DNA of 64,000 nt from the NCBI RefSeq assembly GCF_009914755.1, contig NC_060941.1; one strand, given 5' to 3'. Below, piece by piece: positions 29,791 through 49,079 of the stretch (its first letter is position 1; each line of letters opens with the position of its first letter). Made by a program: the position numbers and the translations under genes. The notes below the pieces were generated by a model, which worked only from the letters and a program-made list of their open reading frames with translations, had not been told where the DNA came from and did no database searches. Source of the DNA: the human T2T-CHM13v2.0 reference genome, Homo sapiens.

Positions 29791-31997
29791 TTTCTTAAAA
29801 TCTCCACTTATACCCTCCACCTGGGAATGGTGTGCGATTCTTTCCCTCTTAATATTAGCCTAAAAAATAAAACAGCTGCAATGCATTTATGTTGTCATTC
29901 CTGACTCCAGCCAGATTGAACCTGGCCTTAAATTGACAATGATCTTGTAGGAGTAAAATTTCACCTGTATTCCTTGCCAGAGGACCAGAGCTTTTTAGAA
30001 GAATTCCTTAGAAAATGAAAAAAAAAAAAGATTCAATAACTTCTTGAGACATGTGCATTCCTTCCAGAGCATTTGTGAGGAGTGTTCAGCTGCTGCAAAC
30101 ATCCCATGAATCCTCAGCTACTTGGAACAGGTGTACAACTCTGAGCCACGGTGGGGAGGCAGACTAGCAATAAAAGAGGGCTACAGCAGCCTCAGCCCCC
30201 ATGTCCATCCAGCCAGGAATCTCCAGTTGAGGTTTGTATACACCAGGGAAAGAAACTTACCATCAGTCATGGATTTTGTTTTTAGTGGATAACCATTTTA
30301 TCCATTTTTGAAAATGCAAGAGTCTTCAGACAGTTGGTTTCTGGATGAAATGATAACAAAAGGGACAGATGGATGCAACTGGATCTCAGAGGGCGAAGTG
30401 TTGCTACAAGATCTTCATCGATTTGCTAAGTGTGTTTAGTGACAGGCCCTCCTGCAACCAAACAGAATGAGAAATGGAATCTATTAGTGGAGTTGTTAAA
30501 GCATCCTTGATCTCTGTGGATGACAGCCAAGTGTGTGCCTTTTTCTATAAACATTAAATCATTCTCACATGAGAGAGAAGGGTTAGGGGAGGATGCGAGA
30601 GAATACACACACTACTGGAAAAAGTCTGAACAGTGATTGCTTTATTTTGGAGATGACATTGAGAACACCCGAAGTTCCAGTTAGAAACACTTGGAGATTT
30701 ATTTTTATGAGTTTTCATCCTCAGGAATTATTTATAGGGCAACTCCTGAGACAAAGTAATAATTCACCATGGACCATGGGACTGTGTCTATGTTCTGAAG
30801 CCTTGATAATAAAGTATTCATTTTTTACTATGTCTATGGCTGTGAAAATGAATGCTCAAAGTTAGTGATCAGTAGGAACTCTGTCATATTAATTCATAGG
30901 CTTGCCAGTTCCAAAATTAATATGGCTTCGCCTGTGTGCGTAGAGCTTCCTGGGTTCACCTATGTTAACATTGCCACACCTTGTACCATGCATCACATCA
31001 AGTGGAGAACATAATTTTATATTGGATGGATGAAAAAGAAGAATGTGGTCCTTCCAGTAATTATCTTAGTGCCACTGATCCTTGTAACAAACCCGAGTAG
31101 TGAAGCATGCCCCATCAGTAAATTAGGCTTATGGGTAATCAGTAAATTAGAGTTAGTCATGCTGAGATGGTATTTGACAATGATGGAAAAACTTCACTGC
31201 CAGACAAAGACAAATGCATTTATCATTTGTCAGGGCTTTGATCTCCAGACCCTTGCTATCTTCAGACACACATGCCAATCATAAACTTCTAGACTTGGTG
31301 TCAAGTCAAGGCAGTTTAATTTATCCAGCAGTCCTCAGATCATTCAGATGTTCCAGTTAAAAGTAAATAAATTATACTATTTCATCACAGACCCATATTG
31401 GGTCACAAATATAATTATCAGATTATGATTTCTTCCAAATCCTTTTATGTTTCCAATAATTATTATTTTTGTAAAGGCTGCACAATGACCACATCGCACA
31501 GGTGAGCTCCTCCTAGCTAACATTCCAGGAGCTATAGCATTTCACTTGCATATTATTATTGATTTTTGTTCCATGTGCATCTCTGGCTCTTATTGTTGGA
31601 TTGCATTCTATTGTCAATTCACAAAAATAGATCAACCACTCAAAAGTCAACGATTGATCATAAAAGCATTTTGAGTTTTCTTTAGCCACATGAAAGAATT
31701 CTTTCTACTACCAAGTCTGGATTCCAAGTTTCTTTTCAGATAGAGTCTTGCTTTTCTTACCCTCAATATGAATGGCTACATTTACAGTTTGAGATATGCC
31801 TGTCCAGAGCTCAGAAAGTAATCTCTCAGACCTGATCATAGTGGATTTCTGGTTTCTGTTACTTGCATTTCAGGGTTTTACACTAAGAGGTCTCACCCAG
31901 TGCAAAAGTCATGCTCTCCCCAGTGGGGAGAAAAAAGGTGTGCATGTGTAGTGTGGAGGAGGTTTTGCAAATGCAGAGTGAAAACATTTGCGGGGGC

Positions 31998-32700
<703 letters not shown>

Positions 32701-32814
32701 GGTAAGATATAAATCAAACTATTAACAACAGTTAACTTTGAGGAGTGGAACTGAGAGTGATGTGAGAAGAGAAGAAATTTGACTTTTCATACAATTTTTG
32801 TACCATTGTCACAA

Positions 32815-33320
32815 TTTATTCATTCAGATGCTGTTTACTGAGCCCTTGCTGTGAGCAGGTGTGAACATCCACAAGAAAGACAAAGGCCTCTGCTCTCAGT
32901 GACCTACCTTCTAGTGGGAAATAAAAGGAGTAGACACATAAACAAGCACATTTGATAAATACACATTGGAAATAGCACCATGAGAAAAATAAATGTTCCA
33001 CAGGGACCTGCTTTGGAAAGAATTGATCAAAAACATCTCTGCTATCTCACAGGAGATAACATTTAAGCTCATTTTGTTCAATAAGGAGACATCATCATTC
33101 CAGGGAGAGGAATAATCAACAGAGAAGGAAGAGCAAATGCGGTGCCTAGAAGTGAAAATTGGTGGAGTGTGTGAGGAGCTGCAGGAGGCCAATGTCCCAG
33201 AGAGTAGAAGGAAAGGGGAGAGAGATTGACACAAGGTGGGGAGGTGGGTCGGTGGGTTGGGAGCAGCTCTAACACAACCTTCTGGGACATATGAACAGTT
33301 TGAATTTTATTCAGATAACA
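32815..33320 (-). mobile_element. L2 3' part
   Basis: atttattcattcag...tttactgagc...cctctgctctcagtgacctaccttctagtggg. Confidence 0.8.
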
Positions 33321-34659
33321 CATATATCCTTTAAAAGATGCCTTTGAAGAAAAAGAGAAAGACACCCAGCCCCAGGTGTGACCTTGGACCTGAAGCATTT
33401 GTATTGGCAACCCCATTCCTTGGGAGGGATCTCAGTGTGGGGGTGGTACAGACCACAAAGCTGGAGACAGCAGGGCCTCCATTCATATTCTGGAACCCAA
33501 GGAGAGGCCAAATTCAGTGGGTGATGCAGATGTGGACTCCTCCAGGGCAGGGGATTGGTTTGGCCATCCGGGCATGCCCCGTAACCACTGCTGTTCTTGA
33601 TCACACTACATGCTCCATAAATGTTGCCCAAACTAAATGAGAATGACTATGGTATTTTCTAACCTGTTTAGTGGCATGAAGAGGCCCATGATGATGCAAG
33701 CCTCAGTTGGAAGGTGAGTTCTTTCACCTACTTTTGTGAAGACTTCCTGAACATCAGGGGTTCAAACTGACGACAACCCTCCTTCTGCATGAAAGTCCTT
33801 GGAGCCATTAAGTGTCAGGATCATTTTCCTATTCATCCATTCACTGACTGACTACAGATCTTAGCAGGGAAGCCAAATGCCAGTTCCATTTGAAGAGATT
33901 GGAGGACTATAGGGACTGGCCACAGGGGAAAGGCTCTGGCTTGACCTGACCCTATTCCCCACTATACCCAAAGGCTGGAGCAAGCATAAAATTGAAAGTT
34001 TCTGCTTCATGGCGCCTCTCCCAAGTGGAGGCAGAAGTGAATTCAGACCCTACGGCAGCTCCACAAATGAACCCTGGATGGTGCAAGACAAGCAGGATGG
34101 GAAGGTTTTCCTCTCACATGAGGGAAACCTCTAACCCATTTGAGGGCAGTGGAACCAGCTAGAAGCTGCAACCATCCATGTTGAGGATAAGTGCAACTTG
34201 AAGATAAAGCAAATGTCCCATTCTCTCACTGAAGTTGACGGTAAAATGCAAAAGGCAAAGTCAGCTCTTCTAAATAAGCCAGAAAGAGTCATAGACTTTG
34301 CTCCATCATGCTACAGGCTTGCAGGCTTGATAAGGCTTTCTGTCACTAACACCTTGTGTGAATGTATGCAGGTCACTAAAATACTTGGAGTGTTGAATTC
34401 ATTGGCTATAAGACAAAAGAAAAATCACCCACTGCTCCCTGTCTCCTAGGGTGAGTCCTAATCTTCAGGTGATAAAACGTCAGGCAGGTTCCTGGGACCC
34501 ACAGAGGGCGGTGGCTCAACCTAGGAGTATCTCTCAAGTGAGAATCTCCCATACTCTAGATAACACAGAGCATCATGGCATCCCTTGTTCCTTAGGAAAT
34601 GGGGTCAGGGAAGAGGCAGCTATAGCTAATGCCCTCTTTTGAACACAAGGGGACAACTG

Positions 34660-35919
<1,260 letters not shown>

Positions 35920-36044
35920 TGACAGACACCACATGCACGCAGACAGTCTTGGCCATCACAGAGGACCCTGTCTAGTAAACAAAAACACAGACCGAGAAAG
36001 GTGAGGAATCACAGAGCATCATGAAAGCAAATGCCCCCAAGTTC

Positions 36045-36190
36045 ATGCTCTCCACTAGAAGGTAAACTCCATGAGGGCAGGGACCTGGGTCTATCAGTAT
36101 GCATCACCAACATGGAGAACGGTGCACAGCACAGGACAGTGCCCCATAAACCTGAATTGGACACATGCAATGCAAGGATAATTGAGCAAA
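36045..36190 (+). mobile_element. L2 3' terminus
   Basis: ccactagaaggtaaactccatgagggcagggacc. Confidence 0.75.
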
Positions 36191-36267
36191 GGGAGTGAAG
36201 AGAGAGATGGCTTTCTGAAAGGAAGGAATTGAGAGTCGACTCATGAAGGGGACTCTGTACTGGGATA

Positions 36268-37095
36268 AGATGGGGTACAGAAAATGCTACCTTAAAATAT
36301 ACCTTGGCATACTGAATATTTTAAGCTGAAGGAAATTGCAGAAGCAGAAAGATCTCTCTTACCTTCTCCCACCTCCTCTTTTCTGAAGCAGGCCATATAA
36401 ACCGGCATTTCCCATGCCCCTTCTTCCCTGAAGCAGGCCAAAAACCTAGGAAGGTCTCTCTCTCTGATCTTCTCCCTCTCTCCTTCCCTGAAGACCCTGA
36501 TGTGGCAGGTATCCTGCTCCATATCCAGAAGGAGGGAAGGTCACACAGAGAGGGCAAGAAGAATCTGAATAAACAGGCCTTGCTAAGTTGCCCTCAGTTT
36601 ATTACCATTCAATCATACCTTTTGTCCCCCAGTTATACTTCTGCAGGGCTGCCCATAAAAATACATGATTTTCCCTGGATCTCTAGGTCTTCGTTTCTTT
36701 TTCTATTTTTCTTTTTTTTTTTTTTTTCATTTTTCAACTTTCATGTGAAACTCTTGGGGTATATGTGTAGTTTGGTTACATAACTATGTTGTATGATGCT
36801 GGGGTTTGAAGTACAATTGAACCTGTCCCCCGGGTCGTGAGTATGGTACCAAATAGGCAGTTTTTCAACTCTTGTCTCCCTCTCTCCCCTGTCTTGTGTT
36901 CCGCCATGTCTGTTGTTCCCATCTTTATGTCCATGTGTTGGGTCTTCATTTCTGAAGTTTCCCGTGTCATGTACAGCTTATGTTAAATAAATGTGTTATG
37001 CCTTTCTCTTATTAATCTATATTTTGTGACAGGGGTCTCAGCCGTGAGACTCCTGGTGATGGGTAAGAAGAAGATATTACTTTGTATCCCCTACA
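36268..37095 (+). mobile_element. ERV1 solo LTR (MER34/MER31/MER39 group), interrupted by L1
   Basis: cacacagagagggcaagaagaatctgaataaacaggccttgct, ending in cccctaca. 4-bp TSD gata at 36264-36267 and 37096-37099. Confidence 0.8.
36699..36940 (-). mobile_element. L1PA15/16-like 3' end nested in the LTR
   Basis: Poly-T, then gagtatggtaccaaataggcagtttttcaac...tgttcccatctttatgtccatgtgt. TSD ggtcttc(g/a)tttct. Confidence 0.85.
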
Positions 37096-38641
37096 GATAG
37101 GTAGCATGAAAGGAAGAATGCATTCCATGTAAGGGTAGTGACTTCAGAGATGACACAAACATAGACTGCAGTAAGCATCAAGAGAAGGAAGGGAAGAGGG
37201 GAGGAATATGATCTGCCCAGAAAAAGGGACTTATAAGACCCCCAAAGTCAAGGTTTCCTTCAGAGTGACTCAGAGAACTTACTGTCATTTTGAGGAGGTG
37301 CATATTTTAGTTTAAAGTCTCCCTAAACACAAAGATTCCGGTACAAAGAAGAAAACTGGGCTAGCTGAGCGTGAAACTGTTCACTATCTCATCAATTGCA
37401 CAGTGATCGTCCTATTAGTGTACAACCTGATTTCTCATCTTAATAAACCTTGGCCAAGAGAAAAGACTTCTGAAATTCTGAGGTGTGAGACCTCAGGAAA
37501 GCTTCTTGATCTCCATTTTCCTCAGAAGACCTGCACACAAAGAGAACATGAGAACAGATGGCAACCAAGCCTCCCCACATCTCTGTCCTGTCCTAGAATC
37601 TCCTTTGTCCAATCCTGGCTGAGCTTCCTGAGCTCAAAGCAGAGAATGAAACCCAGCATCTGGGAGGTCCTGGAGAGGAAGGGCTTTTTAACTGCCGTTC
37701 CTCTTACAGTGTTATGTTTGGAAAAGAGACTCTGTGAAAATGATACCATTGATTTCACCTATTTATTTTCTCTGAAAGGCTTTCATATCAAATTTGCTCC
37801 CTCTTCAGATCAAACATGTCTGTGGGAAGCAAGGCTTAGAAAAAGAAGTTACAAAAGTCTGCCTCTCTAAAGAGTGGTTCTCTGATACAAAGAGAGGCCC
37901 ACGGAAAAGGAGGGAGAATGGTCACTTTGCCGGTGGGCTGGCTTCCCTTAGAACACGAAGAGAACCAAGACGCCACCCCAGCCCAAGTGAAGTTCTTCTG
38001 CAGCCTCATCTTCAGAGAATCTCAGGGAAGCATAAAATGGCTTTTGATGGCAATTGATCTACTTCATTCATTTGGTAAAGTTTCTGACCCCCTCACGACT
38101 CAGAACGTCAGCTTTCCCATAACCACACTAATGGGTTGATAGCTGACTATCTCTCCCCAGCATTGCAGATTGCCCATTTCTCATAATATCCTGAGGTTCA
38201 GAAGGAAGAAATATGTTAATGTTCACACTGTCCAAAACATAGTAGCAAATGAAGCCTTGCTCTTTCCAAAATCTGTACTGTTAATGGTGACACCTAAGTC
38301 ACCGTTCTATTTATTCTATGAAAAGTTGCTTAGTTAAGATTTGTTTTGTATTATCAAAATAAAAACTAGAGACAATGAAATACCTTACACAGTATTTCTT
38401 CCGGCCCACCTCTGGCCAACCTCATCCACCTCTACCATGATAGCCCCCTCATCGCATCTTGCAAAGAATGACTGAAGGTCTTTGGAGCTCCCAAACTTGC
38501 AGGATTCAAGTCCCTATATTCAGCTCATCTTCTGTTCCACTCAAGTACTTCTGAGCTGCAGAGGTTATTGATTGACCAACTTTCGCCGACCTGTATTTTG
38601 CAAAAGTATATGGACCACTTTATGGATTAAAGGATTAGAGA

Positions 38642-38948
38642 GGCCAGGCTCAGTGACTTACACCTATAAGCCCGGCACTTTCAGAGGCCAGGGCGGGAGG
38701 ATCACTTTAGCCCAGGAGTTCGAGACCAACCTGAGCAACATAGTGAGATCCTGTCTCTACAAAAAAAAAAAAAAAAAAAATTAATTAGCTAGGTGTGGTG
38801 GTGCGTACCTATAATTCCAGCTACCAGGGAGGTTGAGGTGGGAGGAAGACATGAGACTAGGAGCTCCAGGCTACAATGAGCCATGATACTGCCTCTGCAC
38901 CCCAACCAGAGTGACAGAGCAAAACCGTATTTCAAAAATAATAAAAAG
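38642..38948 (+). mobile_element. AluJ
   Basis: ggaggatcactttagcccaggagttcg, aggctacaatgagccatgat. Outer TSD taaag(g/a)attagag. Confidence 0.9.
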
Positions 38949-38965
38949 AATAATAAAGAAGTCCA

Positions 38966-39613
<648 letters not shown>

Positions 39614-40187
39614 TTAGAGTATGACTTTCAGTCTTGGCCAAACAGCCAAGACAGAAGTGCTTACAAAATGTGTCTCCTGCAATGGCCAGGACACAGTACC
39701 CAGCTGGTTACTTATTGAAGAGAACACAGCACAGAGGTTTGACTGGAGGCTTTTTGAGGAAAGCAGGATGCTGGGAAACTAGAACTAGAGGCGCAACACT
39801 GTAATTCTACAGCTGTCTGACTATTGGCTGAGAAACAGGCAAGGAACCCGCCTTTACAGAAGCACGAGTCCTTTCTCATTCTTTATATGGGTCTGGAGGT
39901 GTAGTAGGTGTGGACCAGACCTGTACCGTGGGAAGACTGAAAGGCAGAAGCACCAGACAACCCTCCCCATAAATTTCAGCATTTAAACACCAGCATACAT
40001 GTGCTGTTAGAGGAATAAATCTGACAAGCATCATGTAGAAACACTGGAATGTGACCTTAATGAATCCTGTAACTTGTTTCAAATTTGAGAGATAAGTTAC
40101 AGTTTCTGATTTTGCAGGACTGTTTCCAAATTAGGACCAACGATGTCCTAAGAATGGTTAATAAGGACACATTCTGGAAAATGTTTA

Positions 40188-40830
<643 letters not shown>

Positions 40831-42468
40831 TTCTAATCTGTTATCAGTATCATTGGACTTAATAGCTGAAACAAACAAACACAAATAGCTGTCAATATAA
40901 TAAAGCGTAACACTGGTACAGAATAATTGTTTGAAGATTAGATTCTCCAGAAGGTCCAATTCATGTTCTGAGGTTTACAGCCTTCATTAACAGAGCTGAT
41001 GAAAAACTAAAAGGACTTTTCCTCACCCAAAAAAAAAAAAAAAAAGACACACTTTTTTTTTCAGTGTACAGAACAAAAGGAATCAGCTACCATTTGTTAG
41101 GATAACTCAATGCAGGTTATCCATGGACCTCTCAACTTGAAAAATCAGATGTAATTGCAGGTCTGTTATGTGTAAGAACTGTCAGTGACAAGCACTCATA
41201 TCAGAAGTATGGGCCTATTTTAGCGAAGCACTTCATGAATGCGTACGGCATGTCTACAATGAGTTTCTTAGCCATTACCAGTAAAGGTCACTATTTCCTA
41301 ATTCAGAACCAGAAGATGACTCCCCAAGTACCTCTTTGGGAAGAGAAGGAAGACAAAAACAAAGAAAATCCCCGGAGCCCAGTAATCACAGCCAGAGTCA
41401 GGAAGGCCTGAAACACATTGTTTGGTTCTCATCTTACCCATTGTGGCTGTGCAGACAGGGACAGCCCAGTATTCCAATGGAAGGGACACAGATGCACCAG
41501 ACCAGATTGTATGAGGCTGTGTAAACCCAGTACCAAGTGTGACCAGACAATGCCAACACAAGGGTCAAAACACTGGTAAGTCAACACAGGGCCGTCGTAA
41601 CAACCCATTTGTGCTAATGTAATCAATGAATGGCTAACCTGGTGCCAAAAGAAATGTCATTTAACTGCATGGAAAAACATAATTCAATTTAAAAAGTGAT
41701 GGATTGAGGAGCCAAAGAAATACAGTTTAGCCATGTATTCAATAGTTTCAGGTAAATGAAATAGAGTAATTGGCAACTGACTTTACCAGGGCACTGTTAT
41801 TCCTAGACCCCTGCAGTGAATGGCTTTGTACTTGTGGCCTACTTGTCGATGCTCCCTGGTCGCATGGAAAACTTTCCTTTCTAGTTGACCCTCATTTGAT
41901 TTTCCTTAATCCTAATACAGATCCCTAGCAAGTCCCGTAGTACCTTTACACCTGCAGAGGATAAAAAATGTTATTATTATTATTTTGTCTTTTTATCAGT
42001 GGCTCCTGATAAGTATACTGAATTTTAAAAGAAAAAAAATGCAATTCAAAAGAGACAAGGAAGTAGAAAAACTTGAAGTATCATGGGAATCTCAATCAGT
42101 TTAAATTGGATATGGTTTTGAGCAAAAACATTAAGTTGATCAGGAGGTAAAGAGGTTGAAGTATGCTTCATATGACACTACTCTGAGGAATTTAAAGAGA
42201 GAAATTTAGAAAAAGTGGTGCTGAGAAGGTATCCGAGAGAAGTTTGGGGATTAAATTCTCTTAACTGGCTGTGATGTAAATAGGGATATTCTGAAAGAAG
42301 CAGTATAGAGGGGAATATGACTTACAATGATATACAATGTAAGTGGCATTTAAAGTAGAAGAAGCTGTAGTGTAATAAGATCCATTTACACCTGAATAAA
42401 GTTTAAACAGATAAACCAAGACTATGAAAACTGGGTCTCAAATAAGATCAACATTGAAAGCAGATGTG

Positions 42469-42608
42469 AACCGGGCACGGTGCTATGCACCTATAGTCCT
42501 ACTTAGGTACTTAGGAGACTTAGGCTGGAGAATCCTTTAAGCCCAGGAGTTCAAGTCCAACCCGGGCAATGCAGGGAGATCCTGTCTCAAATTAAAAAGA
42601 AAAAAAAA
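42469..42608 (+). mobile_element. FLAM_A-like Alu monomer
   Basis: Monomer with A tail. TSD aaagcagatgtg at 42457-42468 and 42609-42620. Confidence 0.88.
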
Positions 42609-43492
42609 AAAGCAGATGTGCTTTATAGCCATATGTTAAAAATGCTGAAAAGCTAACGTTTTAGTTGCTGTTTGTCTAAGTAGTCACAGTCTGTAAATGC
42701 ACCGGTAGAAGCAGATGGTATCCCTGGATGCAAAGCTCACATGGAAAACACTCCTCTCTACGGTCATCCCTCTGTTCCTGGAGAGTGGGATTTGCAGAGC
42801 AGATTATTCACTGTAGTCACTGGCTTCCTAGATCCCACATCTGTTCTTGGAAGCCCTTAGAAGAGAGGTCTTGAAATTTGCGGGTGTTCCAGCTCCTCTG
42901 ACTACAATTGGCACAGAAGCTTTCTTCTTCCTGCGAACTTAACACTTGTGTTATTTATATTTCTATGCATTCATTAAATAACTATTTATCAACTCTGTCC
43001 TGTGTACTCTACAAGGCACCAGGGGCTAAAACAAAGAACTCCTCCTTTCCTCTTGATCTCCTTGATAGAGAAGGCAGACATTAATTAATTAAAATATAAA
43101 ATGTAACTGTGACAAAAGTTTGCAAGTAAAGAGTTGGTGCTATAAGAGAGCCTAAAAGAAGGGCCTGCCTTGCTCAGGGGTATGAGGAAAGACTTCTCCA
43201 AGTTGCAGTGCAGTGGAGTGGTCTGGAAGGTGAACAAGCTTAACTAGGTGAAGAGCAGAGAAATGAAGATTTCAGGTAGAGGAAACAGGATGTGCAAGGA
43301 CTCAGATAGGAAGACGCATGCTAAAAGGCAAGAACTAAAAGAATGAAGTGTGACTAGGAGGGAAGGCGGGAATTCTGGAAATCTGGGCAAAACAATAGTG
43401 ACCTAGACCCATGTAGTAGCAGACTTGGAGGAAACACGAGGGGGATTGGAGAAAGAATGGAGGAGATTTGATGATAGATTAGCAGGAATATA

Positions 43493-43936
43493 TATATTAG
43501 TGAGGGTTCTCCAGAGAAACTGTACCAATAGGATATAGACAGAGATAAATAAGACAAAATTTATTACAGGAATTGGCATATCAGATTATAGAGAGCAAGA
43601 AGCCCAATGCTATGCCATCTGTAAAGCTATAATTCAGTCCAAGTCCAAAGGCCTGAGAACCAGGAGCTCCACTGTCCAAGGACAGGAGAAGATGGATAGC
43701 CCAGCTAAAGAATAGATAGCAAATTTGCCTTTCCTCCACCTCTCTGTTCTGTTCAGGCCCTCAACAGATTGGATGATGCCACCACATTGGTGAGGGTGGA
43801 TAGTTGTTCCATCTACTGATGCAAATGCTGACCTCTTCCGGAAACTCTCTCATAGACACATCCAAAATTAACGTTTTACTGGCTATCTGGGAATCCCTAA
43901 TCCAAGTCAAGTTGAGATATTACATCAACCATCACA
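43493..43936 (-). mobile_element. MLT2 (ERVL) solo LTR
   Basis: tattagtgagggttctccagagaaac...gtccaaaggcctgagaaccagg...caagtcaagttga...aaccatcaca. Confidence 0.9.
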
Positions 43937-44462
43937 GTACCTCAGGTGACAGGGAAAGGAAAAATCAATAATCACTCCTATACTATATTTTCAAGTTGAA
44001 AAACTGAGAGGTAACATATTCTGATTCGGGAAGCCTTGTGGCTGTGTGTTGGGAGGTTTTGTGTTGTGTTGAGAATGGGAGGGGTTTTAGAGGAGAGATA
44101 AAATGAATAATTTCACTTTTATCATGTTACCTTCCAGTTTTTTCTGTGATGTTCTAATGGATAGGTCAAGAAAGATAAGTACATTTAGACTCAGAGGAAA
44201 GGTCTTGGTCTTTAGGTAGACATTTGGGAACTAACAATATCAAGATGGTATTTAAATAAGGAGAAACTGAAAAGCTCATCCAGGACAGATTTCAGAGACA
44301 AAAAAAGTTCATTCTAAGCCCCAGGGAACCCCAACATTTAGAAATTTGGTGAAGAGAGAAAAACAAGCGTAAGGGACCAAGAAACAGGAGTCAGCTCATA
44401 AAAGAGAAAAATCAACGATCTTTCAATCACAGCAGGCAAGAAGCAAAATATTTCAAGAACTA

Positions 44463-45164
<702 letters not shown>

Positions 45165-45767
45165 CTGTTGATGTTTGCATTTTAGGGGCATCATCTGGTG
45201 GAGAGCAAGGGATCTGCAATACAGGGCATAGAGCCCTTGCAAAGGATAGAGTGGAAGGGATTCAGAGGACAAGAGAGAGTAGGAACATTCCTCCATTGTA
45301 ATAGGAGATAAAAGGAAACAGGTGCAAATGTAAATGTTGACAGAATTCCCATCCGTCCTTTTTCTTCATAAAGAAAGAGTCAAGATCATCAGCTAAGAGA
45401 GGCAGGGGCTCAGAAATTTAAGCTTAATAGAAAACATTTGCAATCTTTATTACACATGGTGGGACATTGAATTGGATTTTTATTTTACAAGTATGGTACA
45501 ATTTTCATAATGAAACTCTAAGCTATTTGAGGGCAGAGACTGTCTGATATTCTCATTTGTATTCTTTGCATCGCCTCACACTGTATTATACACATGATTA
45601 GGATCAAGAAATTCTTATTCATTGACTGACCTTGAAATCTGGGGTTAAGATCTTTTTCTGGGATGAAACCGACATATTTTATAAACTCACCACTCCCTGA
45701 GCACTCATTATTAGACTTCAATAATATAATCTCCATGGTGAAAATAAACATAAAAATTGAACTTAAC

Positions 45768-46123
<356 letters not shown>

Positions 46124-47064
46124 TCACTCTTGGGTGGTAACCTGTACCCTACTACTTTGCATTCTAGCTTAGTGGTACAGAAACCCTTTAAACAATTTTT
46201 TTTCCCTACTCCATGGCTGAATTCTTATGCCACAGCTTCCCTCATTTTGCAGGGGAAGAAGGATCTCACTGACCTAAGCCCCAACTTCACCTTTGCTACT
46301 TCTGCTTGTCATCACCCAGATACCATAGCCCCCTCATAACACACAGAAGCCTTTCCACTTTACTGTCTGTCCTCACTCTGCCCACTTCTTTAATATGCAT
46401 GAAGGGCGGGACTTTATGTGCTGGGCGAGTCTGAGGGGCTCTGCCCTAGGATTCCAGAGAACACCCATCACCCCACTGCCACCACCCTGAGAATATACCA
46501 TTGCTCCCTCCTTTATAGTTGCTGTCTTTTTGTATTTCATATCCAATAGACTATATTCTTTTCATATTTCTGTAGACTTTTTATCATCCTCAATCATTCA
46601 TCCAACAAATATTGTCTTTTTGTGCTAGGCTTTGTGGGGAATACAAAAATAAGAGAGACTTACCTTTTCTTGTCTCCCACACAAAGACCATAGCCCAAAC
46701 TCTTCATGCCTCTTTGAAGCATATGTAGCAGATGTCTGTGAAGCACCTACTGTGTGTGCCAAGGCCTGTAACACTCATTTTATGTGTATTATCTGATTGG
46801 TCCCTAAAAGCTGGTCCATGAGCCAGTACATTTTATATGGTCTTTTTTTCTGGTCTGCAACGTATTAGAAATAAATGTTGCAAAAAGCCAAATATACCCA
46901 TTTTAAAAAACTGTTTCATGTTCCAAAATTATGTCATTTCTACTTTTATTAATAACATAATGCCTGTTTATTATATAAGAGTGGCAGATTTGATCTGGCA
47001 TGTTTGATTTTCTTTTTTACATTCTTAGTTGGTAAAATGAAGGCAATCTTAATGTGGGTTTCCA

Positions 47065-47530
47065 GTGTTAGTAAGAACCCTTTGATTGCAAGTAATACAG
47101 AACCCGACAAACTGGCACACAGAACTGAATTCAGGTAGAGGACCTTCAAGCAGAATTAGATCTTGAAGTTCATGATGCTCCTGGAGCTCTGGCTCCTTTT
47201 TGAGGATATTTTCTCCACTTATTTGCCCATCTCTTTTGTGACAACTTTAACCCCAGGCTGGGTTCTCACTGTAGTAAAAGAGCTGCAGCCAATCCAAGCC
47301 TCAAATAAGTCCACTACGCTGCTCAGAGAAGGTGAAAGGGCTTTTGTTGCTGCGCACCAAGCAAAAGTCACGAGGTTTACTTCAGTGACACCAGCTGGGT
47401 CCCCTGTCCACGCACAAACAAATCACTGTGGCCATGGGAACTCTGCAGGATGGAATGTCCTCCCCTGGGAAGAACATGGGAGAGAGGCAGACATTCTTTC
47501 CAGTTGAAGCAGGGAGGTAACTGACAACAC
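47065..47530 (-). mobile_element. Old MLT1 (K/L-like) LTR
   Basis: ttagtaagaaccctttgattgcaagtaatacagaaccc...aatcactgtggccatggg. Confidence 0.6.
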
Positions 47531-48142
47531 CCACAATAGCTAACAGAAAGTTTGAGGTGCCAGAAGCCTTCGAGTGCTTTACATAGATGATCTAATTTAA
47601 TTCCCACAGACACAAGAAGAGGGAGATTTTATTAGGAACCCATTTCCCAGGGGAGGACACTGAGGCTTGCGGATGAAAGGTAACTTGTGTAAAATCGTAG
47701 GGTTGAGAAGACTAGAATTGTCAGGGCTCAGAAACCAATGCTTTAAATTATGGTGCTTTGACATGCTGAGGTGAGGAAGGTCTCTCTGACCTCCCCCATT
47801 CCTGTCTCTCAATCCTCCGTCTCTCCCAAAGCACTGAATGAAGTTCTCTGAAGTTCCCCTATCTGCCTAAAGCCCAGACCTGGCAAAGAATAAAACAATT
47901 ACCTCTCGTCCCTTCCCTGAGTTTTCAACTGACCTCATATGCAGGAAGAAAGACTGAAGTCTGTCAACACACCTGGATGGACTTTTGTTACAAACCATTG
48001 TCTGGGCTGGAGGCCCAAAGACTCTGTTCCAGGCCACTGTATGTTCTTCAAGTTCATTTAATTCCCCTAAAAATCACTTACTACCCCCTTAAAATCATCC
48101 GTATTTCCCCATTACTCTTTCCCTAGGAAGTAATGTATATAA

Positions 48143-49079
<937 letters not shown>

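Noticed and set aside
37403-37870. 155-aa ORF, the longest non-Alu ORF
   Set aside because: GTG start, no recognisable domain, and a length compatible with chance in 64 kb across six frames.
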